A stretch of 64,000 nt of DNA, from positions 94,118,001 through 94,182,000 of the forward strand of contig NC_087436.1 in NCBI RefSeq assembly GCF_036321535.1, given 5' to 3'. The notes under the pieces were generated by a model. That model saw only the letters and a program-made list of their open reading frames with translations. It searched no databases and was not told the origin of the DNA. Origin of the DNA: Camelus dromedarius. Lineage: Eukaryota. The stretch's first letter is position 1. The number at the start of each line of letters is the position of its first letter. Of this stretch, positions 36,901 to 48,964 are shown one piece after another. The position numbers and the translations under genes are program-made.

Positions 36901-39900
36901 TTTGAGGTTGACCTAATTGTTATCCTAATTGTTACGAGTTTAGAGGCACAGATATAACCCCAGTCACTACAAAGCTAGGCTCAAACTGTAAGACACTTGA
37001 ACTCACCTATCAGAGGGACATTCTCTGAGGCCGGCATGATCTCTGCCACCATGAGCTGAAATACAGTCATGGCCAACAGTATGGTCACTCCCAGGGAGAC
37101 CTTCTCCCCAGAGGCTGCTGGGAGATAAAAACTCAAGGGAGCCAGAAAAGATATGAGGACGCATGGGATGAGGAGGTTGACGATGTAGAAAGAGGACCTC
37201 CTCTTCAGAAGGAGAGTGAATGTCACATCTGGGTAAGGCTCAGAGCAGCAGCCGTAGGAGATCACATTCTTCACAGCAGGCATGCCATGGACCTCCCACT
37301 CCACATCTTCGATGAAGTCGGAGAGGTCTCCACTATCCAGGGCGTTGAATATGTCCACCTGATTGCCATTGTAGGTCCAGGAACCAAAGGTCAGGTTGCA
37401 CTGCTGATTATCAAAGGGGAAGTAGGTGACATCCACCACACAGGAGCTTTTGGTGATGGCCGGTGAATCCCAGGTGATTAGCCCGTCATACCGCAGGACC
37501 ACATTGGTGTTCACAGGCTCAGAAGATTCATCATCAGCCCTGAAGGTCAGAGGAAGAAAGTGAAAGCTGTACCTTATTCTAGACAACTCACCGTCCTATG
37601 CCCATCACTGCAGTGTCTTTGGCAATGGATCACCATTCCTGTCACCATGGCTTGAAAATCTGGAATCAACTCTAATTTTGCCCTTCTTCCTCATCTCCTG
37701 TAACTAGTCAGGGCTGGGTTCCTTTTGATTCTTCCTTTAAAGCATCTCTGCTCTGTGTCCCTTCCTCTCCACTTCCAGTACCACTCTCCTGGTCCAAGTA
37801 TAACAATTCCAACATCCAGCCAAAAAGTAAATGAGGCTAAAATGTGACAGGGAGGCTCTGCTTACCTGATTTTGTTAACTTTGGGCACAAGAATAACAAA
37901 GTAGCTTTTTGTTGCTGTTGGAAGAGCTGTATGTGCTTACTGCAGAACATTTGAAAAACACAGAGAAAATTTATTCACCCATAATCTAAGAGATAATAAT
38001 TTATTCTAGATATATCTTCCTTTTGCTTTATCAACATTTATGCCTGGTATTTGGGGAGTACAGAATTGCTGTTTTGCTTTAAGGAATGACTCATTCTCCA
38101 CCATCATGAAGGCAGATGAAGCCAAGTCCTGGATGTGGGACCCAAGTTAGATCCAGCTGCTTCACTCTCTCTGGAATTTAGATCTTAAGCAGAGGAATCC
38201 AAAGACCAAAAAGAGTCACCCTGGTGATGGCTTCCTATAAAAATCAATTAATTTTTTTAAAAGATCAATAGTCCCTGCTGTCTTGAACTATAGAGTGGTC
38301 CCAATCTGTCCTTTCCAAGGTCTGGTCATTGACCTTTTTTTCCCTTTAATTCAGTTAGCTGTACCATGTACTTCCAACATATTCCTTTTATTCACAAGTT
38401 AGACAAAGTCAGTTTCCAATGCTTACAGTCATAACTGATATGCTGTTAACATTTTAGTGCATATTTTTCCAAGTCTTCCTTACAACTTTTTCCCTACAAA
38501 ATATATTATGGCTAAACGTAATGTGGTATTCAGGATTAGATCCTGGAACAGAAAAATACATTAGTGAAAAAAGCTGCTGAAATCCAAATAAAGTCTGTAG
38601 TGTAGTTAATAGTATTATATTAGTTTTGACAAGTGTACTATGGTCATATAAGATGTAACATTATAGGAAACTGGGTGAAGAGTATACAGAAACTCTGTGC
38701 CATCTTTGTATCTTTTCTACAAAACTAAAATTATCTCCAAATAAAAAGTTAATTTACCAAAAAAAGTTGAGACAAAATTTTAAAATGTATTTAGTCATCT
38801 GTTCATATTCTTCTGCAACATTATTTTTAAGACTAAATGGTATTCAACTATATTCCATTATAGAGATATGCCATAATTATTTAACCAGTTCACTGATGTT
38901 CAACATTATGGTTGTTTCCAGTTTTTACATTTATAAGCAATGTAGTAATGAACATCCTTGTGGTCAAATTGTTGCATTTATCCATTGACCCTTTCCTTAG
39001 GTTAAATTGCTAGAATAGGGTGTGGTAGATCAAAGAACTGGCAGGTTATTAAAATTTAGGTACCACAATGTTAACCATAATGGTCTGATTGGGTCCACTG
39101 TAATCAGACCATTACAGTTGAATTACGGTGCTCAGTTTTTAATGGACGTTTAGAGAGAAGATCTTTAATGTAGGTCCTGTGAAGACAACAAATTGAATTT
39201 TTTGAATGCCTGAACATGATCTCTGTAACAAAGAGAAGTATATACAGTCAGTTATATGAGAAGTGAGAACTGGAACATCACTCACCCATCCTACCTTCCG
39301 TGGAGACCTGGGGACCAGAAGATCCAAAACAAAACTGTCTGCAATTGGAAGGCAAAGAAGACTAGAGAATCAACCCAGAGGAACAGAGAAGAGTTGATTA
39401 CTCAGTGTGGTGAAAAGGTTCTATGGGGAATAGTCAGCGGGATCGGGGCTATGATTCAAGAGGTCATGATCCCTGGGCCAGCTCTCTGAAAAAGGACTGA
39501 GACTAAAATCCAGACTGCAGCCTACCAGTGCTGCTTCCTGAAGGGAAATCCATGCCCAGTAGAAGGCTAAGCTCCCAGCAGAGTCACCCTGAGCCACCTC
39601 TCATTCATCTTGCTCTGGGTCAAAGGGGAACCTTTCCTGACTCTCAGAAACTTGCGTTTCAGAATAAAAAGACAGAGGACCCCCTTTGACAACAGGTGGA
39701 GCAACTGAGCCTCAGCTGTGACAGAGCAATCTGCTTCCTTCTCAAAGTGCGGTCCATGCGCCAGCAGCACTACTCTCTGGAGCTCGTAGAACTGCAGAGC
39801 ATCAAACTCAACCCCAGACCTACTGAATCAGAATCTGCATTTTAACAAGTTCTTCAGGTGGTTTACGCACACGTTACAGTTTGAGAAACTTAAACCTTAC

Positions 39901-42340
39901 CTACCCATTCACCCAGGCCCCTTACTCTCAGATCGAGAAAAGGCCAACTGGTGATCTTATGGTCTAGTTCACCTTCCACTCCATACAAAGTCCAAAACCC
40001 ACAGGCCAGTTTCTAGCTGGCCCATTCTGATTTAATCTTAGTAGTATCATGTATTATTGATACACGACCTTAGACAAGGGAGCATCGCTGTTACGGGTTG
40101 AACTGTGTCTGTGAAAAATTCATATGTTGAAATCCTAGCTCCTGGCACTTCACAATGTGACTTTATTTGGAATAGGGTCATTGCAGATGTAATGAGTTAA
40201 GAAGAGGTTATACTGATGTAGGGTGGGCACCTAATTCAACAGGACTGGTGTCTTCACATGAGGGAAAATACAGACACAGAAAACACACAGGGAGAACGCC
40301 ATGTGAAGAAGGAGGAGGAGACTAGGGTGATGCTCCTACAGTCGAGGAACCAAGGCTGCCAGCAACCACCAGATAAGCCAGAGGAGAGATATGGAATAGA
40401 GTCTTCCTTGCAGCCCTCAGACAGAACCAGCTTTGCCAATCCCTTGATCTTGCACATCCAGCATCTAGAACTGGGAGATGACACATTTCTGTTGTTTCAG
40501 CCACCCAGTTTGCAGTACTTTGTCACAGTAGCCCCAGCAAACTAACACAGCTTCCCATACAGTTTCTCACCTGAAAAGGGGACTGTGACTCTAAGATTTT
40601 ATGACCTATTTTTATCATCTGAAGCTTTATGATCATCACTTCAGGGCTTAGGAACACGAACTGACTAAAATTCATGTGTGTTTAAAACATTCACGCTTTT
40701 TTTCATTATGTTTCCCTTCTATTAAATCAACAAATTCATTCCTGAGAAACTGCTGACTTGCATTTACTTGTTATACAGGACAATATCCGGCCTCCACACC
40801 AGGTCGCTGGGGATCCTGATGGAGTCCAGCCCATCATACTGGTCTCGATCCCACGTGAGATATGCGTCGTGCCAGATTTGGCGGATCCATAAATAGGCCG
40901 TCAGAATTTGGTTTCTTTCATCCTGCAAAATAAACCCAGATGTAACTTTGTCCTGGAGACACCTCAACTGAATGCCCTTCGTTTCTACAACACTTGTCTT
41001 CAAAACAGGATTTCCAGGAGCACTCATTGATTTCCAATACGTGAGTTAGAGTTTTCCAGTCTACCCGTCCTCGATGGACTGCCAAGGCCATATTTTTTTT
41101 TTGCTTGATTTAGTGTTTGGAATGTAAAGTGGACAAATATTTAAATCATCAGCTCTTTGCATGGATCAACAGCTTAAATTTCTCTGAATATTGATCAACT
41201 GATGATTCATTTGAATGAAAAAGTCAGGAAACATCAACAAGGTACAGAAGAAAAGCCTTTCAAGTTTCATAACTTTGTGTAGTTAAAATATAGACACTAA
41301 GTAAGGTCTGTCATTTTAAAACACCACCTTTTTTTAAAAATTGGGATAAAAATTCACATGACATGAAACTCACCATTTTAACCATTTTAAAGTATACAAT
41401 TCAGCAGCTTCTAGTTTATTTACAATGTCACGAAACCAATGCCACTCTCTAATTCCAGAACATTTCATCACCCCCAAAAAGAAACCCTATGACCATCAAG
41501 CAGTCAATCATCATTCCTCTGTCATTCCCACAGCGCCTGACAACCACTACTCTGCTTTCTCTCTCTATGGTGCTGCTGATTTTGCAAATTTTGTAGAAAC
41601 GGAACACATAATGTGTAACACCATCTTGCTTTAGATGTGAATGTTAATGGCCAGGATTAGGTCATGTTTAGTGAAATTAATTTTGTAGAAAGCTTTCTTC
41701 CCCTGGAATTTCCTTTTCCCACCAGCTTGTCCACAGAGCTGCCTGTTCTCATTTCCTCTCAAATTCCCAGTTTAAGACATTCCCTTTGGAAAGCACTGTT
41801 AGTTTCATTCTAAACAGCACTCCAAAGAGTCACCGCTATATGCTACTCACCATATCCTTGATCTGAGAAAGTGTAATCTGGAGCGTGACATTCAGGACTT
41901 TATCTGTATCCTCTACTGGACGAAGAGCGTTGGAATAATCTTCAAAAAGGTCATTAAACAATTTCTGAGCATATTTTCCATCTGCTGTTTCTACGGCTGC
42001 TCGAAAAGAGGGACCTGGATCAGACTTCAGTGTCGTGTATTTCAAGGCAAAGACTGAGGACTAGCATTGGAGACGACCCAGCATCAGAGACAAGCTCTGG
42101 GTCGATCGATGGGAGTTATTTTTCTGGCATGCCCTATGGGATCAGCATGAGTTGGGAAGAAGCTGGATTACTCCCTTGCAGTTAGAGCATTTGTTCTGTT
42201 TCCTGATTCATCCCACATGCCACCAAAGAAGTGCCCCAGATGAGTCAGGATAGTTACACACTTACCAGCCTCTTACCTCTCAGTCTTGAGGCAGCAAAGT
42301 AAATCCAGCAAAAAGAGATGCAGGAATGGGGCCAGTTCAT
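33425..42340 (-). CDS. CHRNA9: Neuronal acetylcholine receptor subunit alpha-9, 5 coding exons: join(42340..42277,41996..41851,40922..40768,37539..37007,33966..33425), 479 aa
   Basis: Spliced translation [44 protein letters not shown]...IIARAD*. Contains the Cys-loop [15 protein letters not shown], loop C vicinal cysteines YGCCSEPY and four TM helices. Exon lengths 64+146+155+533+542=1440 nt, frame preserved, all introns GT..AG. Confidence 0.98.
34090..34290 (+). mobile_element. MIR in CHRNA9 intron 4
   Basis: aagcctcagcttccttctctataaaatg...atacatgtaaagttctcagcac. Confidence 0.7.
34450..35370 (+). mobile_element. Ancient L1M ORF2 fragment in intron 4
   Basis: A-rich, with decayed L1 ORF2 motifs (tttgaaaacctagatgaaa, ggttttataggcaagtttcacc, tggttcaacatcagaaaa). 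Confidence 0.65.
35732..35759. repeat. (GA)n followed by a G-run in intron 4
   Basis: tgagagagagagagagtggggggggggg seen directly. Confidence 0.8.
36581..36762. mobile_element. MER5A-type DNA transposon
   Basis: Terminal inverted repeats cagtggttttt...gagaaccactg and a typical MER5 body. Confidence 0.8.
37007..37539 (-). CDS. CHRNA9: CHRNA9 coding exon 4 (Cys-loop, loop C, M1-M2)
   Basis: Acceptor ccttcag|[20 protein letters not shown]...[11 protein letters not shown](G); donor ATAG|gtgagt; 533 nt. Confidence 0.98.
38505..38765 (+). mobile_element. L1MC-like 3' end in intron 3
   Basis: gatcctggaacagaaaaatacattagtg...ctgggtgaagagtatacagaactctgtgc...aaataaaaagtt. Confidence 0.7.
39735..39890. 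mobile_element. MER5-type DNA transposon
   Basis: ttctcaaagtgcggtcc...ccccagacctactgaatcagaatctgcattttaacaag...tttgagaaac. Confidence 0.75.
40089..40548 (+). mobile_element. MLT1 solo LTR in intron 3
   Basis: tgttacgggttgaactgtgtc...tgtgactttatttggaatagggtc...ttgtcacagtagccccagcaaactaacaca. Confidence 0.85.
40768..40922 (-). CDS. CHRNA9: CHRNA9 coding exon 3
   Basis: Acceptor ttttgcag|[54 protein letters not shown](K); donor AA|gtaaat; 155 nt. Confidence 0.97.
41330..41615 (-). mobile_element. L1MB-like 3' end in intron 2
   Basis: aaactcaccattttaaccattttaaagtatacaattcag...ttccagaacatttcatcaccccc. Confidence 0.75.
41851..41996 (-). CDS. CHRNA9: CHRNA9 coding exon 2
   Basis: Acceptor ctcttttcgagcag|CC; (A)[48 protein letters not shown]; donor ATG|gtgagt; 146 nt. 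Confidence 0.97.
42277..42340 (-). CDS. CHRNA9: CHRNA9 coding exon 1 (signal peptide)
   Basis: ATG at 42340-42338 (aagATGa); [21 protein letters not shown] + G; donor GAG|gtaaga at 42276. Confidence 0.95.
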
Positions 42341-43000
42341 CTTTTCCCTAAGCCTCTGTGAATCCCCAGCCAGGCAGTGCAGTCTTCCACTTCCTTCCGT
42401 GAATGGGAAGGGTCTGGGCACAAAGATCCCACTCCGCTGCTGTCCCTGCACAGCAGATGGCTTGCAGCACACAATGGGCTGAGGTCCTGAGATCCCTCCC
42501 CCGTAATCTGAGACCGGCAGCTCCAGCAGCTGAGATACCAGGAGCCCCCATGGGTTAGGTCAGGCAGTGCTGCTCTGTGGGGACTGTCCCAGTTGAGGAT
42601 CCCTAGTTACCTTCAGCAGAAATATCCTGACCAACCTTTCAGGGGAAGAGAGGTAGGAGCTGGACACCCCCAAGATTCCACCTAAGCAGAATGGGCACTT
42701 TTTGCACCTGCAACAAGAAGATTCAGCCTGAGTCCGTGGACTAAGGAAAGCTGAACCGACCCAGCCATGAGATAGCTGTCTGGAAAGGCCCTATGCTCTT
42801 TGAGTGGCATTTGATAAAAGGAAAGAGAAGTAGTTCCATGATCTCCAGAATAGGTTGGCATTTGGGTTTCTTCTCTGCCTTCTGTTTCTCATCACTCCTT
42901 CAGCTGTCCCACCGGGCTCGGATCTTGTACAGTAATATGTGTGAGTCTATGTGTGTGTATATTGGGGGCCGGGGAGCACTGGATGGGAGAAGAGCAAACA
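42341..43000 (-). promoter_or_regulatory. CHRNA9 5'UTR and proximal promoter region (TSS not determinable)
   Basis: Non-repetitive sequence immediately 5' of the start codon; positional inference only. Confidence 0.55.
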
Positions 43001-45564
43001 CTCCCTTCAGAAGCAACAGCAGCACTGTGACTTGGATTAGGAGTGGAAGACCTAGGTCTGACAGCCAACCCAAACACTTCTTTGCTTTATAATCCTCAGC
43101 TTCCCTGAACTAGAGACAGGAAAATAATATTCCCTCTCTCCAAGAGCTACTGGTATCACAAAGCACTCTGCAGATTGTAAAGCACTATGTAAATGTTAGT
43201 AATTTTCACCTCTGATTAGCTGTGCAGATGCAGAATTCTGTACTCACCAAGTCACTTAGGGTTTACTAGCTCTAGGGGAAAACAAAGGTTCAAGGGCTCA
43301 CCAAATCAGCACAAAAATGATTCATAACTAATGGTGATATTACTAAGATGTTATCCTTTTACATTTGAAAATGCTACTTTGTATAATTTCAGCCATTTCT
43401 CATATGTGATCTGATATTCCTCACACAAAAGAATGTCAATTTCCAATTGCCAAAGCCTGCTTCTCCTCTTGCCTGGAGTGGGGGGGGAAACTGCCTTAGA
43501 AAACCAAATTAAGATCATTCAGTTGCCTGGAGTCACTGCAAGGGAATTGCATAGCTCTATTTCCTCAGGTTACAGCCACCTGATGAGTCACCAGCCCCTC
43601 TTCAGGAATACATCCTACGAATGGAATAGACAGACACTCAAGCTGTCAGCTACGGGTTTCCTAATTGCCTATGCCCTTGTGTTGATTGCGAAGATGTTAT
43701 TTTTCTAATGCCCCTCGTCTGACTCACCCATCAAATGACACAGTTCCTGGTGCCCACACTCAGCCCTCCCTCTTCCAAAAAAACCATCCGCTCTGGAATC
43801 TCAGAAGCTGAGGGGCCTTTTGAAATTGAGTGAATGCCTCATTTTCACATGAGGAAACTGATGTCTAGAGATGCGAGTGGCTTGCTTCCAGCAGCACTTG
43901 GCCACCGAGACAGAATCCAGGCCACCCGCCCCAGCCCAATGTGCTCACCACAGCCTCTCCTCCTCCTTGTCGTCCTCCACCCACACAGCACTTGATGCCT
44001 GCTCAGTGCTGACTTACTCATAGTGAGAGCCTCTCTCCCTTATGTGTCCTCAGTGCCTCACATCACAGGGAGCAGCCCCTGGAATAGGAGCTCAGCGAAT
44101 GCATGGGGTTCGCTACTGCAGCTGCTGCTTGAACGTGGCCTTGAAAGTGGTCACCTTTGGTTGTCTGATGGCTTTTCATTAACTCAGTTCATTCAATTGG
44201 TCACTTGCAGTTTTTTTTTTAAATGGTAATAGCTGATACTCACCTATCAGTGTTAACACAAACGAAATTAAACCAATACTTTAGGGGGGTGCAATTCTGT
44301 TTTTTATAGCAAAGACATTAATGACTAGAAAGCAAATTCATTTTAAAAACAACCACTAGGTGTTTTCCTAGGGGACCTACTCTTACCCAACCACTACCTT
44401 TCCCTTAGCTCCAAACCATACCCAAAAAGAGAGAGACCTGTAACATAGTGGTCCTGTCACCTGCAGGATACTAATGGAAGGAGAAATCTGTTGAATTCAC
44501 CATTTTAGAGTTCAATATGGCTAAAAAGCAGGCAGAAAAAAAAAAAGGCAGGCAGATATGCTTTAGACTGATTTTCTAAAATGTAGGTTCAGACAGCGAA
44601 AATAATCTGAATAAACGTCAGCCGTCCAGGAGTTTGGAAACTCCTACTTTCCTGAGCGCCCATTAATTTAGGATTAGTCATATCTGTTGGCATATTAACT
44701 CAGGTTCACAGAGCATGAAACCATTTAAGTTGGGAAGTTCATGCTGTTCGTTGTAGTAGCTGCCTTTTCCCTGCTTTTGGGTAGAAATTCTGAATAGCAT
44801 TTCACCATAGTTTGTGTGATATCACCATGTGAGGGCAGTATACTCTGTCCAGAAAAAGGGACCCACAATTCAGAGAATTCGTAGAAAGCACAATAACCTT
44901 TCTAGCATCTGTACCCTTTGAGAAGCAGCACTCCTTGCCACAATTAAGTGTTCCAGCCATTTCAGGGTCACTGGGAGCCAAATCCTCCTCCGTGGACCAA
45001 TTCTGAAGGACTCATCTATTTCCAAAATATAATATTAGGATATCAGAGACATTCTGTAAGATCTTAATATTTTTAAACACGGTTTTTATTATATAAGCAA
45101 TACATGTCTAGTGTAGAATGATTAGAAAGTATAGAAAAGCACAATGAAGGAAAAGAAAGGAGAAGAATCCAACCAGGCAGAGATAGAGCATCTTTTTTAA
45201 ACGCTCATGGCACTGTGCTGTCATGTCCTGTGAGATCTGGAAGGACATCAATCAGTAGCAAAATTCTGCCTTACTCCATGAAGATTATGAGCACAAAGAA
45301 ATGCACATGATGCTTCTAAATATCCTTTCCTGTTCTCAAGGGGTTGCGTTGTAGTTCACACAGGATCTCCCTTGAATGGCCTCCCATTCTTTTCTACCCC
45401 TCTCCCTCCCCTCAGAGTCTCTGCTCAACCCTTTTTTGGCTGAAGATGCTGAGAACCCTTTACCCATTGGGGTCAATCCTCCTGGAAGGCATCCCTGGCT
45501 CCATCCCTGGAGGAGGATGGCCGTGCTTCCACTCTTTGGAACAGAGCTCTTGCCTTCCCCCCAA

Positions 45565-45753
45565 CCCTTAACGAAGGCACTAAGGGTTGAGCCCAGGATC
45601 TCCTGCATGCCAAACATGCTCTCTACCACTGAGCTTTATCCCCACCCCAAAACATCCTAAATTTTATTTGTTAATGAAGGTAATGGGGATTGAATCTAGG
45701 ACCTCGGGCATGCTAAGCATGTGCTCTCCTACTGAGTTATACCCTCCCACCCC
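45565..45753 (-). mobile_element. Tandem/dimeric tRNA-derived SINE
   Basis: Two head-to-tail units in antisense (about 45753-45672 and 45648-45570), each with A-box (ctcagt(a/g)g..gagag) and B-box ((g/a)ttcaatccc-like) motifs. Confidence 0.75.
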
Positions 45754-46477
45754 AGTGCTTGGCTGACAGAGAATCCTAGTGAATTCTTTTGCAAAAAGGC
45801 CCTCTCCCCAGTAGCAGAGCAGGGGAAAAGCAGGGAGGGTGAAGGAGTGAAGAGGACAAATTCTGTTACATGTATTTTTTTAAAACAAAAATTGCAAAAG
45901 TCAAACATAATATTTTGTAAAGGATATTTTCCCCCACAAATTAACATGGCATGAATATTTTCTCAATTTCGTTAAGTTTAGAATCAGAATATTTTTAATC
46001 CTTAAAAAGCTCACAGAATCCATCTAGCTGACCGCCTTCATTTTACAGATGAAAAAACTGATGTCTGCCAAAGATGGGTAGATGGGACAGGACGACAACT
46101 CTCCACTGAGAGCCAAGCCAGAGTCCCTCAGCCTCCCCTAGGAGGCCAAACTTTCAGCAGAGGAGAGCTGTCCTGGGTGATCAGAACTGTGGCACCTAAC
46201 CAGTGGCTCCCAACTCAGAAGATGCCCAGACGGACCTCTGGGTCTGAGAAACTATTTCACTGCTACTTTCTAATGGATTCATCCTGAGCATGTGTCTCAA
46301 AGTTTAAAAACTCAAAGCTTTTTTAAAGGAGTAGTCTCCAGATTCTTTCACCATGCACCAGAGTTTGGGGTAAGAGTTGGTAGCTGGGATGTCAAATCAT
46401 GCCCAAAGTGCTGTGGCCTACTGAGGCCACACTCTCTGAACAGTTTTGGGTTTGCTTTGTCTCTATTTTTATAACCA

Positions 46478-46693
46478 AGGAAAGCAGTATAGAGTTAAAG
46501 AACATAAACTCTGGAGTCAAACTGCTTGGATTCAAGCCTGCCCACCACTTACTAGCTGTGTAACTTTGGATGGATTACTTAACCTCTCTGTGCCTCTATT
46601 TCTACATCTACAAAATGGGGACAATTACAACAGTACCTGCATCTTAGGGCTGTTTTGAGAATGAGTTAAATGAGTTAACATATGTGAAACCCT
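46478..46693 (+). mobile_element. MIR (split by the LTR)
   Basis: ctctggagtcaaactgcttggattcaagcc...ttacttaacctctctgtgcctc...taaatgagttaacatatgtgaaac. Confidence 0.8.
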
Positions 46694-47353
46694 TGAAACC
46701 AAGCAGGACCTTGGTGGGCTTTCCCAGAGACAGACACGTCCGCCAACCTCATGTCCCCCACCTCATATCCCCCACCTCTTGTTTGTAGAGAAGCTTTAGC
46801 ATCCTTGGCCTCCCACAAGTCCAGAGAGCAAATTTAATCAGAGAAGTGAGAAAATGAGGGAAAAAAAGATAGAACTCAAGCAAGACAAAATAACAATAGT
46901 TTAGCCATAAAACAAAGCCTTTAGTTCCTCCACAAGGGCTATAGATAATATCCTGAGCCATATCATTGAGTTGTTTTGCAGATACTAAACCTCCCACATG
47001 TAGAAGAAATTAACTGAATGCTGACCACCAGCACTTAGACCCCAGACTGGTTGGTACCAGAAGGTTGATGATGTTGACTTCCAAAATACCACCCTGTTAC
47101 CTCACCACCAGCCAATCAGAAGACTTTCCATGAGCTGATCGGGCACCCCACCACCCTAACCCCTAACATTGCCTTTCCTTTCCATGAAAGCCATCAGGGA
47201 GTTTAGGTCTTTTGAGCATTAGATGCCCATTCTCCTTGTTTGACACCTTGCAATCAACGCTGTGGTTTTCTTTGCACAACCTGGTGTCAGTAGATTGGCT
47301 TTGCTTCTTGTTGAGTGAGAACAACTCAGATTTGGTTCTTTGGTTCAGTAACA
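46694..47353 (+). mobile_element. ERV solo LTR (about 660 bp)
   Basis: TG...CA ends (tgaaacc...gtaaca), 4-bp TSD ccct/tcct, CCAAT box (gccaatcag), degenerate poly(A) signal. Interrupts a MIR. Confidence 0.75.
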
Positions 47354-47764
47354 TCCTAGAAACAGTGTTTGATCATAAAAAGTGCAAAATAAGGATAATT
47401 AAAGGGGGAAACAGGCAATTCAGCACTTTTTAAATTGAGCATGTAACCTGTAGCCATAATTCACCTATCTCCCTACCTACCTATTCATTTCTCTCTCCTC
47501 TTCCCTGCCTCCTTCCCTTCTCTCTCTTTCTGTCTCTCTCCACCAACTTCTTGACAGACCTGTTTAGAGAATAATTATTCCATCTGACAAGCAGTTTGTA
47601 CTATGGGTGGGAGAATATCAGTCCTGCCATCTTCTTGTTGTCTTCTTTCATTGCAATATTAATGTTGTCAATCCACTGTGGATTTACTTACCTACTTATT
47701 TTTGTAGCCATCTTTTCAATCCTCTTCTCCACTTTGTGAGAGTTAGCTGATCTAAAATCTATCA

Positions 47765-47963
47765 CAGAGGTTGGCAAATTCTTTAGGTAAAGGGCCAGAC
47801 AGTAAATATTTTCAGCTTTGCAGGCATATGGTCTCTGTAGTAACTACTTTACCCTGCTGTTATGCTGTGAAAGCAGCCAAACACTATGTGAATGAATGGG
47901 CATGGCTGTGTGCCAATAAAACTTTACAAAAATAAGAGGCTGGTCACAGTTTGCTGACCCTTG
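47765..47963. mobile_element. MER58-type hAT DNA transposon
   Basis: cagaggttggcaaa...gggccagacagtaaatattttcagctttgcagg...tttgctgacccttg. Confidence 0.8.
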
Positions 47964-48964
47964 ATCTAAGTCATCAAACCCTTAAATCCACTTAACCAGG
48001 CTCAAGCAAACTGTAACAGTGGTCAGTGTCCCCGATGAAGACAGAGCACAGCCAGAAGGGAAAAGAGAGCTACGATGCACAGGCTTGATGTGGGCAGATG
48101 CGTAGTGAGGCTGGGCTGACACCGAGTGCAGCTCAGCCAGTTCAGTGAAATTCCACTGTCTCCCAGTGCAGGCTCCCAGGGGCCCCGGACCAGATTCCTA
48201 GAGAGAAGGAGCTTTCATGCATAAAAGGAGCCTTTCCATTGAAGAGCCAGAAGCACATGGGAACTGGAGAGTCCACGGCAGCCCTGTTGATGTCTGGAGG
48301 CTGGACAGGCCTGCTCACTTCCATAGAATGACCATTAGAATGTCCTGGGCAGGTAAACCACAGCTCCCAGATAGGGGTGACATACTTAGTGATGATAGAA
48401 ACCATGGTGACAGCCAGGCCAGGGGCTGAGAGCAGTGAACAGCAGGGCATGTTCACTCACTCATAGGAGTCTTTCTTGGGTCCCCAGCAATGAGACAGAG
48501 AGACCCTGGAGGCAGGACTCCAGCAATTTCACTAGGTGGAGACCCAGAGCACTGGTCTGTTTCTAGGACAATGACCCCTATCCCTCAATTGTACCCAAAT
48601 CCATCTGGCTAGGAGAAATGCAGGCAAAATCAGACCAAAAGGAATTCTGGAAGGGAAGGAAGGAGGACTTCCTGGAAAACAGGAAAGGAGCTACATATCT
48701 CCATATGGGGCTGGAACCCCAAAGTGTACATGCTGGTGTGAGGCCAATTCTTGTGTCTCACTCTTTCCCTGCAGTCTTCTGGCAATGTTAGAGGTGTGCA
48801 TTGGACTGGAAAATTCTTTGTAGCAAAACCCAGCAGGACAACCTCTCTTGGTGCTTCTGAACATGGCAATGAAAATGCCCAACTCCAGAACTTTTCTAAC
48901 CATGACTTAAAACAGGCCACATCCCTGGGCATCCTCTCTGACTCCTCTCTCTCTCATGCCTGAT

